Below are positions 1 to 8,617 of a stretch of 64,000 nucleotides of DNA, in pieces. The notes under the pieces are model-generated. The model was not told where the DNA came from. It worked only from the letters and a program-made list of their open reading frames with translations, and did not search any database. Numbering within the stretch: the stretch's first letter is position 1; the number at the start of each line of letters is the position of its first letter. This DNA is from Candidatus Tayloriibacteriota bacterium (GTDB taxonomy: Bacteria > Patescibacteriota > Minisyncoccia > Phycocordibacterales > UBA6065), in NCBI GenBank assembly GCA_016215405.1, contig JACRJQ010000007.1, forward strand, positions 71,297-135,296. The letters are read 5' to 3'. Made by a program: the position numbers and the translations under genes.

Positions 1-14
1 TGAGCTATTACGCT

Positions 15-464
15 TTGGGCGCGAGAGATACGATATGGCTCCCTCTCGCCTACGTCATAGGCTCGGCGGCGGTCACCGCCCTCTCCTTTAGATACGGGAC
101 CGAGGGATGGGGAGCCCTCGAGAAATTCGCTTTGGGTATCGCGTTCATAGGCGCGATACGCTGGATATTCTTCGACAACGTCCTCTTCACCCTCCTCGCG
201 AACCTCGCTATCGGCCTCACGACCTACCTAAGCCCCATCAAAGACCTCATACAGAACCCTGAGCAGGAAAAATACAAGCTCGTCGCGTGGACGGTATTCT
301 TCGTCGGCGCATCCCTTAACCTCCTCGCGGTGCCGTCTTGGACCTTGGCGATCTCGACGATGCCTATCGCGGTGTTCGTCGTGAACGCGCTCGTGTTCGG
401 GCTCGTCGCTATAAACATGCTGCGAGCGAAGAAAGGACCTCCTCAGGCGCCTGCTGTACAATAA
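15..464 (+). CDS. hypothetical integral membrane protein (about 4 TM helices)
   Basis: 149-aa ORF with several hydrophobic helices; no recognisable family; N-terminus may lie outside the window. Confidence 0.4.
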   Translation: MGARDTIWLPLAYVIGSAAVTALSFRYGTEGWGALEKFALGIAFIGAIRWIFFDNVLFTLLANLAIGLTTYLSPIKDLIQNPEQEKYKLVAWTVFFVGASLNLLAVPSWTLAISTMPIAVFVVNALVFGLVAINMLRAKKGPPQAPAVQ

Positions 465-468
465 GGGG

Positions 469-1320
469 ATGAAAACAATCGCCATATACCACAAAGACTG
501 CAATGACGGCACGACCGCGGCTGCGGTCGTATTGCGCAGATACCCGGACGCGCTCGTGTTCCCCCTCTCTCACGGCTACTTTCCCGAAGAGGTGGAAGAG
601 ATCATCGCGAAGGCCGAGAAGGGCGACAGGATATTGACCGTCGATTGCGTCATGGGCGTGAAGGAGTTCCTCGCAAAGGGGTTCAAAGTGACCTCGATCG
701 ACCACCACATCGGCGGCAAGGAGGAGTATTCAGCGATCGCGGGATCGAACCCTGATTTCACTTACATATTCGACAACGACAAATCCGGAGCCTCCCTCGC
801 GTGGTCTGTATTGTTCCCCGGCGAGCCTGTCCCGGAGCTCGTACGGCTCGTGGAAGATTCCGACATATGGAAATGGCGCTACGGTGAGGATACGAAGAGC
901 GTCAACAGCTATATATTCTTGCTCGCCAATAAGCCCGAGAGAGTCCTCCCTCTCCTCGACGGGCCTCTCGACGACGCCAAGAGAGAGGGCGGCGCCATAT
1001 CGCGCTACTCGGACTATATGGTGGACTGGGCCGTAAGGACGATAGACCCCGTCACCCTTAAGATAGGCGGGCGCGAGGTCTTCGCATACAATCTCACCTC
1101 TTACAAATCGGAAGCTGGGAACACCCTCTCGAAAGCCAAAGACCAGGCCGTGGGCATATTCAATATCGACGGAGGAGAGGTCAGGATAAGCTTCAGGAGC
1201 CTCGACGCCCATTCGCCTTCCGCCCTCGACCTGGCGAAGGCGCTTGGAGGCGGGGGCCACAGGAATGCGGCGGCCGCGAGGATGACGCTCGGCGAATTCC
1301 TCAACCTTCTCTCAAAATAG
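469..1320 (+). CDS. DHH/DHHA1 family phosphoesterase (NrnA-like oligoribonuclease/pAp phosphatase)
   Basis: N-terminal DHH-like region (YHKDCNDGTTAAAV, DHH motif at IDHH) and C-terminal DHHA1-like GGGGH motif; 283 aa. Confidence 0.65.
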   Translation: MKTIAIYHKDCNDGTTAAAVVLRRYPDALVFPLSHGYFPEEVEEIIAKAEKGDRILTVDCVMGVKEFLAKGFKVTSIDHHIGGKEEYSAIAGSNPDFTYIFDNDKSGASLAWSVLFPGEPVPELVRLVEDSDIWKWRYGEDTKSVNSYIFLLANKPERVLPLLDGPLDDAKREGGAISRYSDYMVDWAVRTIDPVTLKIGGREVFAYNLTSYKSEAGNTLSKAKDQAVGIFNIDGGEVRISFRSLDAHSPSALDLAKALGGGGHRNAAAARMTLGEFLNLLSK

Positions 1321-1322
1321 CA

Positions 1323-1350
1323 AAACTCTGGGCTCTAGGGCCCAGAGTTT
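1323..1350. terminator. intrinsic terminator hairpin (aactctgggc-tcta-gcccagagtt), bidirectional position
   Basis: perfect 10-bp stem followed by a T-run; lies after the DHH gene (+) and downstream of the small minus-strand gene ending at 1371. Confidence 0.5.
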
Positions 1351-1370
1351 ACCTTAACCGTCCCCCCGGT

Positions 1371-1523
1371 TCAGCTTATCGGGTTGCGACCCTGGATGAT
1401 CCGGATGAGGAACATAATGATCGCCGCCACGAGAAGGACATGTATGAATCCTCCGAGGGTGTATGACGTGACGAAGCCTAGGACCCAGAGTATTACGAGT
1501 AGAGTTGCGATTGTTACTAGCAT
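1371..1523 (-). CDS. small membrane protein, lmo0937/DUF-like (about 50 aa; below the ORF-track size cutoff)
   Basis: minus-strand translation MLVTIATLLVILWVLGFVTSYTLGGFIHVLLVAAIIMFLIRIIQGRNPIS; two TM helices with the GG..H signature of this small-protein family. Confidence 0.45.
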   Translation of the reverse strand: MLVTIATLLVILWVLGFVTSYTLGGFIHVLLVAAIIMFLIRIIQGRNPIS

Positions 1524-1899
1524 TATGCGTTTCTTAACCTTGTAATGGGAGTTTGCCCGTTATTACTACGAGGCGTCCGCTCAAAAACGCTCACCTCTCT
1601 CGCCGAGGCCGCGTGCCTATAAACGCCAAAACCCCCGAGCGGGGGTTAAGGCTAGCTTCGTGCCGGATGAGATCCGGGGACCTGTCGAGGGAAATCGACA
1701 GACCCAGAAGCGTAATTCCCTTGCAGCACTATTTTTGATCTTTTGAGATTGATATGTTGAAAGAGCTTCTAGATGTAATACGCCTCTTCCTGTCGAAATG
1801 TCGCTAGACGAACTCTGCGATCTGTATCCTGATAAGATACCCTCCTCGTTCTGTGTCGGGGCCCTCAGGCCGAGCAGACGCAGAGCTTCGTCCGACCGC

Positions 1900-2682
1900 T
1901 TATTCGACAGAGGATGCGTCTCGCGCGCCAGTAGACGTCGACGCCTCGACCGAGGCCTCGTGCCGGGCCTCAAGGACGGCCCTGAGGGCGTTCACGAGCC
2001 TCGCTTGAGCGTTCGACGAGAGAGCGGCGGACGCCTCGGTCCTCGCTATCGCGCCGGCAGTCGCAGTAAGGTCCGTCTCGATATCCTCCGTATTCTCGCC
2101 GGTGACGAAGAGGGCCGCCCACCACGGACGGTCTATCTCTATCTCGCCTCCGGCATAGACCGTGGCGCGGGTCGACACCGTCACCGGGACGATGCCGATG
2201 AATTTCGCCGGTTCCCTATACCAAACGGAGACCTTCTCTGGGCCAGACTCAATCTTCAAGACGTTATCGTCAGACGCGACGACGGACCTCGCATACGCCT
2301 CGAAATCCGCGGTAGCCGATACCTCCATAGGATCGAGCGTCTCCGACGGCTCTTCCCCTTCTACGTCGCCTTTCGTCACGACGACCGTGCCGCTCTTAGC
2401 CGAGACAGAGGCGCCGGCAGCGACCCCTTCATCGGTTGCGGGCGTCGTGGTCGCTGTAGACGCTTCCGTGCCCGAGCTCTCGCCCGATCGAGCGTTAGAA
2501 GGGCCCGCTTCCGTCCGTAGACCCCCATCGACCGTCGAGGTCGCTTGGACGACCCGCGCGTTAAGCCCGCTCTCTGCCCTGACGTCAACCTGGCCGACGA
2601 TCCCCGCCGCCGACGCGCCCTGCGCGGACGCGAAGGCTCCGAGAGCGAGAGAGAACGCTCCCAATCGCTTGATAGTGTCCAT
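1900..2682 (-). CDS. secreted Ala/Ser/Thr-rich hypothetical protein
   Basis: 260 aa; N-terminal signal peptide (LALGAFASAQGASA); low-complexity surface-protein-like composition; hairpin plus T-run at 1628-1652 on the minus strand. Confidence 0.5.
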   Translation of the reverse strand: MDTIKRLGAFSLALGAFASAQGASAAGIVGQVDVRAESGLNARVVQATSTVDGGLRTEAGPSNARSGESSGTEASTATTTPATDEGVAAGASVSAKSGTVVVTKGDVEGEEPSETLDPMEVSATADFEAYARSVVASDDNVLKIESGPEKVSVWYREPAKFIGIVPVTVSTRATVYAGGEIEIDRPWWAALFVTGENTEDIETDLTATAGAIARTEASAALSSNAQARLVNALRAVLEARHEASVEASTSTGARDASSVE

Positions 2683-2775
2683 AGATATGATGTGTACTTT
2701 ATGGTTAAAACGACTCCGACTTCTTACCTATGAGATACTACGAAAGCAGCTCGGTATTGTTTCGCGGACGAGCCC

Positions 2776-3693
2776 CTACTCTTTGACGCATGTCCTACCG
2801 TCTCTACCGATGTCGAACCTCCTCTCCTTCACTGCGATATCGCCCTGGACGAGCGACACTTCTAACCCTCCTCCGACTCTCACTTCCTCCGTCCAATATT
2901 GATCGAATATGAAATTGCCGAGGGAATAATATATAGGCTTTCCGGCGTAGACCTCGCTCTCTTGGACGATGTGAGGGTGAGAGCCCACGACCAGGTCGGC
3001 GCCAGCGTCTATGAATCGGTGCGCGAGCGCCTTTTGATACTCGTTCGCGGGAAGGTATTCGTCTCCCCAATGCGCGTACACGGCGACGAGGTCGCTCGAC
3101 CTCCTCGCTTTCCAGATAGCGTCTATCGTCTTTTGCGGGTCGTTCTCGCCCAAAAATTGGTTAAACCCCACGAAAGAAAGCCGGTTGCCGCCCTTAACGA
3201 CGGTCGCTGATATGTCTCCTATAGGATCGCCAAAATGCGCGATCCCGCTCTCACGAAGGAGGGCCTTCGTGCTCTCTACGCCCTCTCTGCCGAAATCCCA
3301 TATGTGATTGTTGCCGAGGCTCACGAGTCCGACGCCTGCGCCCGAGAGCGCCTCTATGGCGCCCTTTGAAAAAGTGAAGGTCGTATTGCCTGGCTCGCCG
3401 GGCACGGTCTCTAGCGATATCGAATCGTGAAAGGTGACAGGCCCTTCGAGATTTCCCACTACGAGGTCGAAGCCGGCCAGGTAGTCCTTCGCGCACGAGA
3501 AAAGGTGGTCGTACCCCCGCGACTCTCCTATCTTTCGCAGGGTACGATCGAGCATGATGTCGCCCACGAATAGTATCTTCGTCTCGCCGCCTCTCTCTTC
3601 GCCCGAACGCCCTGACGAGAGGACGGCGAAAGCGATTCCCGTTCCGATCAATATGAGGATAAGGGCCTTTTTTACCTTCGTGTTCATAGCCAT
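2776..3693 (-). CDS. CapA/PgsA-family metallophosphatase (poly-gamma-glutamate capsule synthesis-like)
   Basis: Motifs GDIMLDR, GNNHIWDFG, YAHWGDEY and GADLVVGSHPH characteristic of the CapA family; N-terminal TM anchor. Confidence 0.75.
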   Translation of the reverse strand: MAMNTKVKKALILILIGTGIAFAVLSSGRSGEERGGETKILFVGDIMLDRTLRKIGESRGYDHLFSCAKDYLAGFDLVVGNLEGPVTFHDSISLETVPGEPGNTTFTFSKGAIEALSGAGVGLVSLGNNHIWDFGREGVESTKALLRESGIAHFGDPIGDISATVVKGGNRLSFVGFNQFLGENDPQKTIDAIWKARRSSDLVAVYAHWGDEYLPANEYQKALAHRFIDAGADLVVGSHPHIVQESEVYAGKPIYYSLGNFIFDQYWTEEVRVGGGLEVSLVQGDIAVKERRFDIGRDGRTCVKE

Positions 3694-3727
3694 CGATTTA
3701 TCGAAAAGGCGTCCTCGACGGCAGGAC

Positions 3728-4645
3728 CTAGACCTTCAGATATCTTCGTACCGCGAGATAGCTCGATATAGCGCCGAGAAGGATGCCTACGCCTATGATA
3801 AGGGCTGACACCTGGGCGAAATTGGCGGTGTAGTAGTCGAAAAGGCTGAATCCGCTGAAGAAGGTCTCAGTGATGGACGACACCCAGTACGTCACCGGAT
3901 AGAAGACGACGAGCGTGGCGAGAGCCGACACGACGCCGTACATGACGCCCGAAATCACGAACGGCCCGCGGATGTAGCGGTTAGACGCGCCCACGAGCCT
4001 CATCACCGATATCTCCTCTCGGGCGATGTAGATGGCGAGGCGTATGGTGTTGAGCGTGATGAGGATGGATATCGCGATAAGGACTATCGTTATAGCGAGG
4101 CCTATCTTCCTCGATCCGTCGATCATCCTCGTAAGAGAGTCGATAGCCGCCTTATTCTGATAGTAATTAACCTTGTCTATGAATTGGCCGTTCTCGCCGG
4201 ACTCCGAATCGAGGAATTTCGCGATGCCTTCATACTGCGAGGTCTCTTTCGCCCTTATGTTGAGGATCGCGCCAAGAGGGTTCTCTCCGAGCTCTTCGAG
4301 GGCCTGAAGGGTTATCTCGTCGTTCTCATGCTGAGCCTTGAAATTCTCGAGAGCCTGGTCGCGCGAGACGTATTCGACCTGAGCGACCTCGGGAAGAGCC
4401 TCGACCTTGTTCCTGAGCGCGAGTATCTCCTCCTCGTCGGCCGAAGGCGCGAAGTAGACGTTCACGTCGACCTTGGAGCGTATCTCGTCGAGAGACGAAT
4501 TGAGGAGAGCGCTCGCGAACATGAGAGAGCCCAGAACGAAAAGGGTCAACGTCATGATGAGGACCGAAGAGAGCGACACGAAGCCGTTCCTCCAGAACGA
4601 CACGAAGCCTGATTTTATGATGCGTCGGGTGTTGAGCCAGAACAT
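3728..4645 (-). CDS. ftsX: cell division ABC transporter permease FtsX
   Basis: 305 aa; 4 TM helices with a large periplasmic loop; immediately downstream of ftsE. Confidence 0.8.
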   Translation of the reverse strand: MFWLNTRRIIKSGFVSFWRNGFVSLSSVLIMTLTLFVLGSLMFASALLNSSLDEIRSKVDVNVYFAPSADEEEILALRNKVEALPEVAQVEYVSRDQALENFKAQHENDEITLQALEELGENPLGAILNIRAKETSQYEGIAKFLDSESGENGQFIDKVNYYQNKAAIDSLTRMIDGSRKIGLAITIVLIAISILITLNTIRLAIYIAREEISVMRLVGASNRYIRGPFVISGVMYGVVSALATLVVFYPVTYWVSSITETFFSGFSLFDYYTANFAQVSALIIGVGILLGAISSYLAVRRYLKV

Positions 4646-4656
4646 GGTGTTATCGA

Positions 4657-5337
4657 TTATATAGCGTATCTTCCCTCCTTGTCGTCGCGAACGAGCCTCC
4701 CCTTCTCCATGGTGATGACCCTCTTGCCTATGTTCTCTACTACGCCTTTATTGTGCGTCGTAAGGACGACCGTCGTGCCGAGGTCGTTTATCTTCTTCAG
4801 TATCTGGACGATCTCGTACGTATTGACCGGATCGAGGTTTCCCGTCGGCTCGTCCGCGATAATGACGTCCGGCTGGTTCACGATGGCGCGGGCGATCGCC
4901 ACGCGCTGCCTCTCTCCTCCCGAAAGCTCCCTCGGAAAGCTCCAGATCTTCCTGCCGAGGTCTACGAGGTCGAGCACATGCGGCACGTCCGACGCTATCT
5001 CGTCGTCGGAGCGTCCCGCCGCCTCCATGGCGAATGCGATGTTCTCGAATACCGTCTTGCCGGGAATAAGCCTGAAATCCTGAAAGACCGTGCCAAAGCG
5101 ACGGCGGTATTCCGGGACGTGCTTATCCTTGAGCTTGTGGACGTTCACGGACTCGAAAAGGACCGATCCTTTGGTCGGTTTGTCCTCGGCGAGGATCATC
5201 TTTATAAGGGTCGTCTTTCCCGCGCCGGAATGCCCTACGATCGAGACGAATTCCTTCGGCTCTATCTTGAGGGTCACGTCTTCGAGGGCGACCGTGTCGT
5301 CCGAGTATATTTTGGTTACTTTATCGAAATAGATCAT
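4657..5337 (-). CDS. ftsE: cell division ATP-binding protein FtsE
   Basis: Walker A GHSGAGKTT, ABC signature LSGGERQRV, Walker B VIIADEPT. The ORF-track 5' extension is arginine-rich junk; the start is reassigned to MIYFDKV. Confidence 0.9.
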   Translation of the reverse strand: MIYFDKVTKIYSDDTVALEDVTLKIEPKEFVSIVGHSGAGKTTLIKMILAEDKPTKGSVLFESVNVHKLKDKHVPEYRRRFGTVFQDFRLIPGKTVFENIAFAMEAAGRSDDEIASDVPHVLDLVDLGRKIWSFPRELSGGERQRVAIARAIVNQPDVIIADEPTGNLDPVNTYEIVQILKKINDLGTTVVLTTHNKGVVENIGKRVITMEKGRLVRDDKEGRYAI

Positions 5338-5419
5338 AGAAGGTCGTATTGGGGACGGCAGAGCATCCGATGCCAGAAAGCGGCATGCATGTATTCTATC
5401 ATATCCCATACCCCTTATT

Positions 5420-6289
5420 TTAAAGGGTTTTCTCGGCTTCGATGAAGATATCGATGTCCCCCTCGAGCACCGCGTCGACGTTCGACGTCTCGACGTCGGT
5501 CCTGTGGTCCTTGACCATCTTATAGGGGTGCAGAACGTAAGAGCGTATCTGATTGCCCCATTCGATGTCGGTAGTCTTGGAGATATACATGCCCTTCTCT
5601 TTGGCCTGGCGCTCCTCTTCTTGCCTCTTATAGAGCTTGGCTTGGAGGATGTCCATGGCGCGCGACCTGTTATCCGCCTGAGAGCGCTCAGAATCCACAT
5701 GGACAGCGATCTTCGTCGGAAGATGCACGAGCCGGACCGCGGTCTCGCGCTTGTTCACGTTCTGGCCGCCGGGACCGGACGACCGCGCGAATTCGAGCCG
5801 TATGTCGTCGGGATTCACGACGAATTTCTCGGCCTTCTCGAACTTCGGGATCACCTCTACGAGCGAGAACGAAGTATGGCGCTGCGACTTCGCGTTAAAG
5901 GGTGATATGCGGACGAGCCGGTGCACGCCCGATTCGTTCTTGAGGATGCCGTAGGCGCCCTTCCCCTCTATCTCGACCGTGACGTTCCTGTAGCCGCCGT
6001 GGTCGTTCTGGTTCTGATGGAGGAATCTCAAAGACCACCCCTTGCGGTCGAAGTACCTCATATACATCTCGAAAAGGATGCGCGAGAAGTCTTCGGCATC
6101 GTCGCCTCCCGCGCCGGAGAATATGGTCATTATGGCGTTCCCTTTCTCGTACTTTTCGACCTCCGCCATCTCGGATTTGAGCTGATTGAGCTCCTTGAGG
6201 ATCGATTGCGCTCGGTCCTTATTCTCCCAGAACTCGGCGTCGGCCATAAGGACCTCTATCTCCGCTATCCTTTTCTGCTTTTCTGACAT
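5420..6289 (-). CDS. prfB: peptide chain release factor 2
   Basis: SPF tripeptide anticodon motif (RISPFNAKSQRHTSF) and GGQ motif (SGPGGQNVNK); 289 aa; no upstream frame that would indicate a programmed +1 frameshift. Confidence 0.85.
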   Translation of the reverse strand: MSEKQKRIAEIEVLMADAEFWENKDRAQSILKELNQLKSEMAEVEKYEKGNAIMTIFSGAGGDDAEDFSRILFEMYMRYFDRKGWSLRFLHQNQNDHGGYRNVTVEIEGKGAYGILKNESGVHRLVRISPFNAKSQRHTSFSLVEVIPKFEKAEKFVVNPDDIRLEFARSSGPGGQNVNKRETAVRLVHLPTKIAVHVDSERSQADNRSRAMDILQAKLYKRQEEERQAKEKGMYISKTTDIEWGNQIRSYVLHPYKMVKDHRTDVETSNVDAVLEGDIDIFIEAEKTL

Positions 6290-6336
6290 GGCCTAAATAT
6301 ACCATCAAACAGAGCCCGTGCCGCCGATTTTAGGTA

Positions 6337-6370
6337 TAAAAAAGGGCCGACGCGAACCGCGCGTCGGCCC
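6337..6370 (-). terminator. intrinsic terminator (minus strand) between the nfi/tRNA region and prfB
   Basis: gggccgacgcg-aaccg-cgcgtcggccc hairpin followed by a T-run when read on the minus strand. Confidence 0.4.
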
Positions 6371-6619
6371 AGAAGCCCCTGAAGATGGTTCCGGAACTGA
6401 CTCATTATGGCTAGATCAGCTCGCAAACCCGAACACCATAAAGGGAGAGGTCTTGCCCGTGCAGAACTGCCCGTGACCCCAGTTTCATCGAAGAGCTTTA
6501 CCGCGCGAAGACTCGCATCCGTCGATCGATCGAACCTTTCCTGACGGATGAAGAGACGCCGCTGCAGTCAAAATATCATAAACGGAAAATTAGAAAAGTC
6601 AAGGCCCGTGTAGATATTT

Positions 6620-6648
6620 TTGCAAAAAAGGAGGAAATGGCCTATAGT
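6620..6648 (+). promoter_or_regulatory. sigma-70-like promoter for the tRNA-Thr pair
   Basis: TTGCAA, 17 nt, TATAGT, about 28 nt upstream of tRNA-Thr(GGT). Confidence 0.4.
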
Positions 6649-6675
6649 AGGCTTTGTCTTTTAGATTCCGTATCA

Positions 6676-6748
6676 GCCAACTTAGCTCAGTCGGTAGAGC
6701 ACGTCATTGGTAATGACGAGGTCTCCGGTTCGATCCCGGAAGTTGGCT
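6676..6748 (+). tRNA. tRNA-Thr (anticodon GGT)
   Basis: Cloverleaf GCCAACT/AGTTGGC acceptor, D-arm GCTCAGTCGGTAGAGC, anticodon loop TTGGTAA, T-arm TCCGGTTCGATCCCGGA. Confidence 0.85.
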
Positions 6749-6788
6749 CAGGCACGATCGCCCCGACCGAAGGTCGATGGTTCGCCGC

Positions 6789-6861
6789 GCCACCTTAGCT
6801 CAGCTGGTAGAGCAATACTTTCGTAAAGTAGAGGTCCCCGGTTCGATCCCGGGAGGTGGCT
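6789..6861 (+). tRNA. tRNA-Thr (anticodon CGT)
   Basis: Acceptor GCCACCT/AGGTGGC, anticodon loop TTCGTAA, T-arm CCCGGTTCGATCCCGGG. Confidence 0.85.
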
Positions 6862-6950
6862 CAGAAAACTAAAAGCCGCTTTTGCGGACTTTTAGTTTTC
6901 TGAGCCACCTAAGAGCGATCGAATCGCTCTGTCCCGGGATCGAAGAGGTT
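6851..6950. repeat. tRNA 3'-flank mirror element (hairpin incorporating the acceptor 3' strand, plus an antisense copy of acceptor and T-arm)
   Basis: aggtggctcagaaaactaaaag-[ccgcttttgcgg]-cttttagttttctgagccacct is a 22-bp perfect inverted repeat; a downstream gagcgatcgaatcgctc hairpin follows; then cccgggatcgaa is the reverse complement of the tRNA T-loop/stem. Confidence 0.6.
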
Positions 6951-6963
6951 CTCCTATATTTCT

Positions 6964-7115
6964 GAGGGATTCCTATTCCGAAGAAATGGGAAACCTGTAC
7001 TGCGGCTGTAAGCCGAGATTCTCGGGAGGAATCGAAAGGGTTCCCTGTTGTCTTCGAGGACTTCTATCCGAGAAAACTGAAACCTATACTGCCGCCGTAG
7101 GCAAAGACCCTCGGA
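6964..7115 (+). repeat. two imperfect tandem repeats of about 62 nt (period 89)
   Basis: gagggattcctattccgaagaaatgggaaacctgtactgcggctgtaagccgagattctcggg versus gaggacttctatccgagaaaactgaaacctatactgccgccgtaggcaaagaccctcgga. Confidence 0.5.
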
Positions 7116-7292
7116 TCGCATCCTGAATTATTTTGCTTTCGTAATACCTCCAAGCGGCCTGTCGTTAACTTCCCTCCCGCTTAAGCTTTTATACCCATCA
7201 TGAAAGACGTCTTCTGGGCATTCTTCTCCCTTTTCTATTGCATCACGATGGCGATCATCGAAAGACTGAAAGGCAAACACAGAAAATAGCCG

Positions 7293-7961
7293 CTAGAGAG
7301 GCTCCCCTCTCCTCGATCGGTTCACGAGGATGTGCGCCTGCCGCGTAGGTTCGGGAAGCCGATACCCGCGGATGCACGACCTCGCTATCTCGAGCGCCTC
7401 TTCTCTCTCGATCCCATATCCCGGGGACACGAGGATCGGATTGGCCCGCGCCTTCGATCTAAGGGCGTAGCCGATGGTCTCGCCCGTCTTCGGGTCGAGG
7501 ATCCTCTCTGTCTCGCCGACTTGCCCGGGCTCTCTATACGCGCCATACAGGCGCGACTTCGCGCAACCGATAGTTGGAATGCCTGTAAGCACGCCGAGAT
7601 GCGAGGCGATGCCCAACCGCCGCGGATGAGCTATGCCCTGGCCATCGACCATGATCAAGTCTGGCTTTTGACCAAGCCCCTCCAGACATCTCAGAAGGCC
7701 GGGGATCTCCCTAAAGGAGAGCAATCCGGGTATATACGGGAACGAGGCCTTGACCCTGACCACAGATCGATCGAGAGGCTCGAGCGACGGATACGAAAAG
7801 ACGATCATGCCGGCATAGAGATCATCCCCGAACCTGTCGGCGGACGCGTCTGCGCCCGCTATCGTCTTTGGCGGTTGCGCCAAAGGGCCGAGGACGACCT
7901 TCTCGGCGAGCCTCTTTTGCATCTCTATGGCCCTCTTCGGCGCGATATTCCATTCTGTCAT
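7293..7961 (-). CDS. nfi: endonuclease V (deoxyinosine 3' endonuclease)
   Basis: 222 aa; conserved VDGQGIAHPRRLGIASHLGV and GCAKSRLYG regions typical of Nfi. Confidence 0.85.
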   Translation of the reverse strand: MTEWNIAPKRAIEMQKRLAEKVVLGPLAQPPKTIAGADASADRFGDDLYAGMIVFSYPSLEPLDRSVVRVKASFPYIPGLLSFREIPGLLRCLEGLGQKPDLIMVDGQGIAHPRRLGIASHLGVLTGIPTIGCAKSRLYGAYREPGQVGETERILDPKTGETIGYALRSKARANPILVSPGYGIEREEALEIARSCIRGYRLPEPTRQAHILVNRSRRGEPL

Positions 7962-8019
7962 GGCGTCAAGAATCGGTTATAGGTAATATTACGACGTACG
8001 CCCTCCGCCCGTATCCGCA

Positions 8020-8616
8020 TTGAAACAAACGGCTGGGCAGAGGCGTAATACACTAGGCATGAGCATACAGACACGTACTATTCCCGCGGAGACCATAGAG
8101 CGCGCTAAAAAAGGCGACCTCTTCGCCTTCGAGGAGATCGTGGCGGAATTCGAAAAGCCTCTCTGGAACTATCTAGTGAGGCTTTCTGGCAGCCGCGACG
8201 ACGCGGAGGACCTCATCCAAGATACGTTCGTAAAGGTGTACAAGCACATAAAGACGATCGACCCGTCGAAGAACATCAAGTCTTGGATCTATACCATCGC
8301 CACGAACACCGCTTACGACTATCTGCGAAAAAAGAAGAGAGAGGCGCTGGTAGAGCTCGACGACGAGCACGAAACAAACGGCGACAGCGTCTCGTATAAT
8401 TCAATAGCGATAGAGGAAAACATGGAATCCAAAGACGTTGCGGCCGCTATTGAACGGCTGGACGCTTTGTATAAGGGCCCGATCCTCCTCTATTACAAAG
8501 ACGGCTTTAGCTACGAAGAGATAGCGCAGATGCTCTCCATACCGATAAACACCCTCAAGACCCGGCTCTCCAGAGCGAAAAAGCAGCTTGCGACATTACT
8601 TGTCAATTACCAATAG
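8020..8616 (+). CDS. RNA polymerase sigma-70 factor, ECF subfamily
   Basis: Region 2 (DLIQDTFVKVYKHI...WIYTIATNTAYDYLRKKKRE) and region 4 HTH (SYEEIAQMLSIPINTLKTRLSRAKKQL); the true start may be the internal MSIQTRT. Confidence 0.8.
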   Translation: MKQTAGQRRNTLGMSIQTRTIPAETIERAKKGDLFAFEEIVAEFEKPLWNYLVRLSGSRDDAEDLIQDTFVKVYKHIKTIDPSKNIKSWIYTIATNTAYDYLRKKKREALVELDDEHETNGDSVSYNSIAIEENMESKDVAAAIERLDALYKGPILLYYKDGFSYEEIAQMLSIPINTLKTRLSRAKKQLATLLVNYQ

Positions 8617-8617
8617 A

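Noticed and set aside
730-1260. 176-aa minus-strand ORF
   Set aside because: Antisense to the DHH phosphoesterase gene.
1798-2520. 240-aa plus-strand Arg-rich ORF
   Set aside because: Antisense to the secreted 260-aa protein gene; arginine-rich composition typical of spurious high-GC ORFs.
4753-5445. 230-aa plus-strand ORF
   Set aside because: Antisense to ftsE.
5420-6400. Programmed +1 frameshift in prfB
   Set aside because: No upstream ORF fragment in the 0 or +1 frame and no CUU-UGA motif; the region upstream of the start is a terminator-like hairpin.
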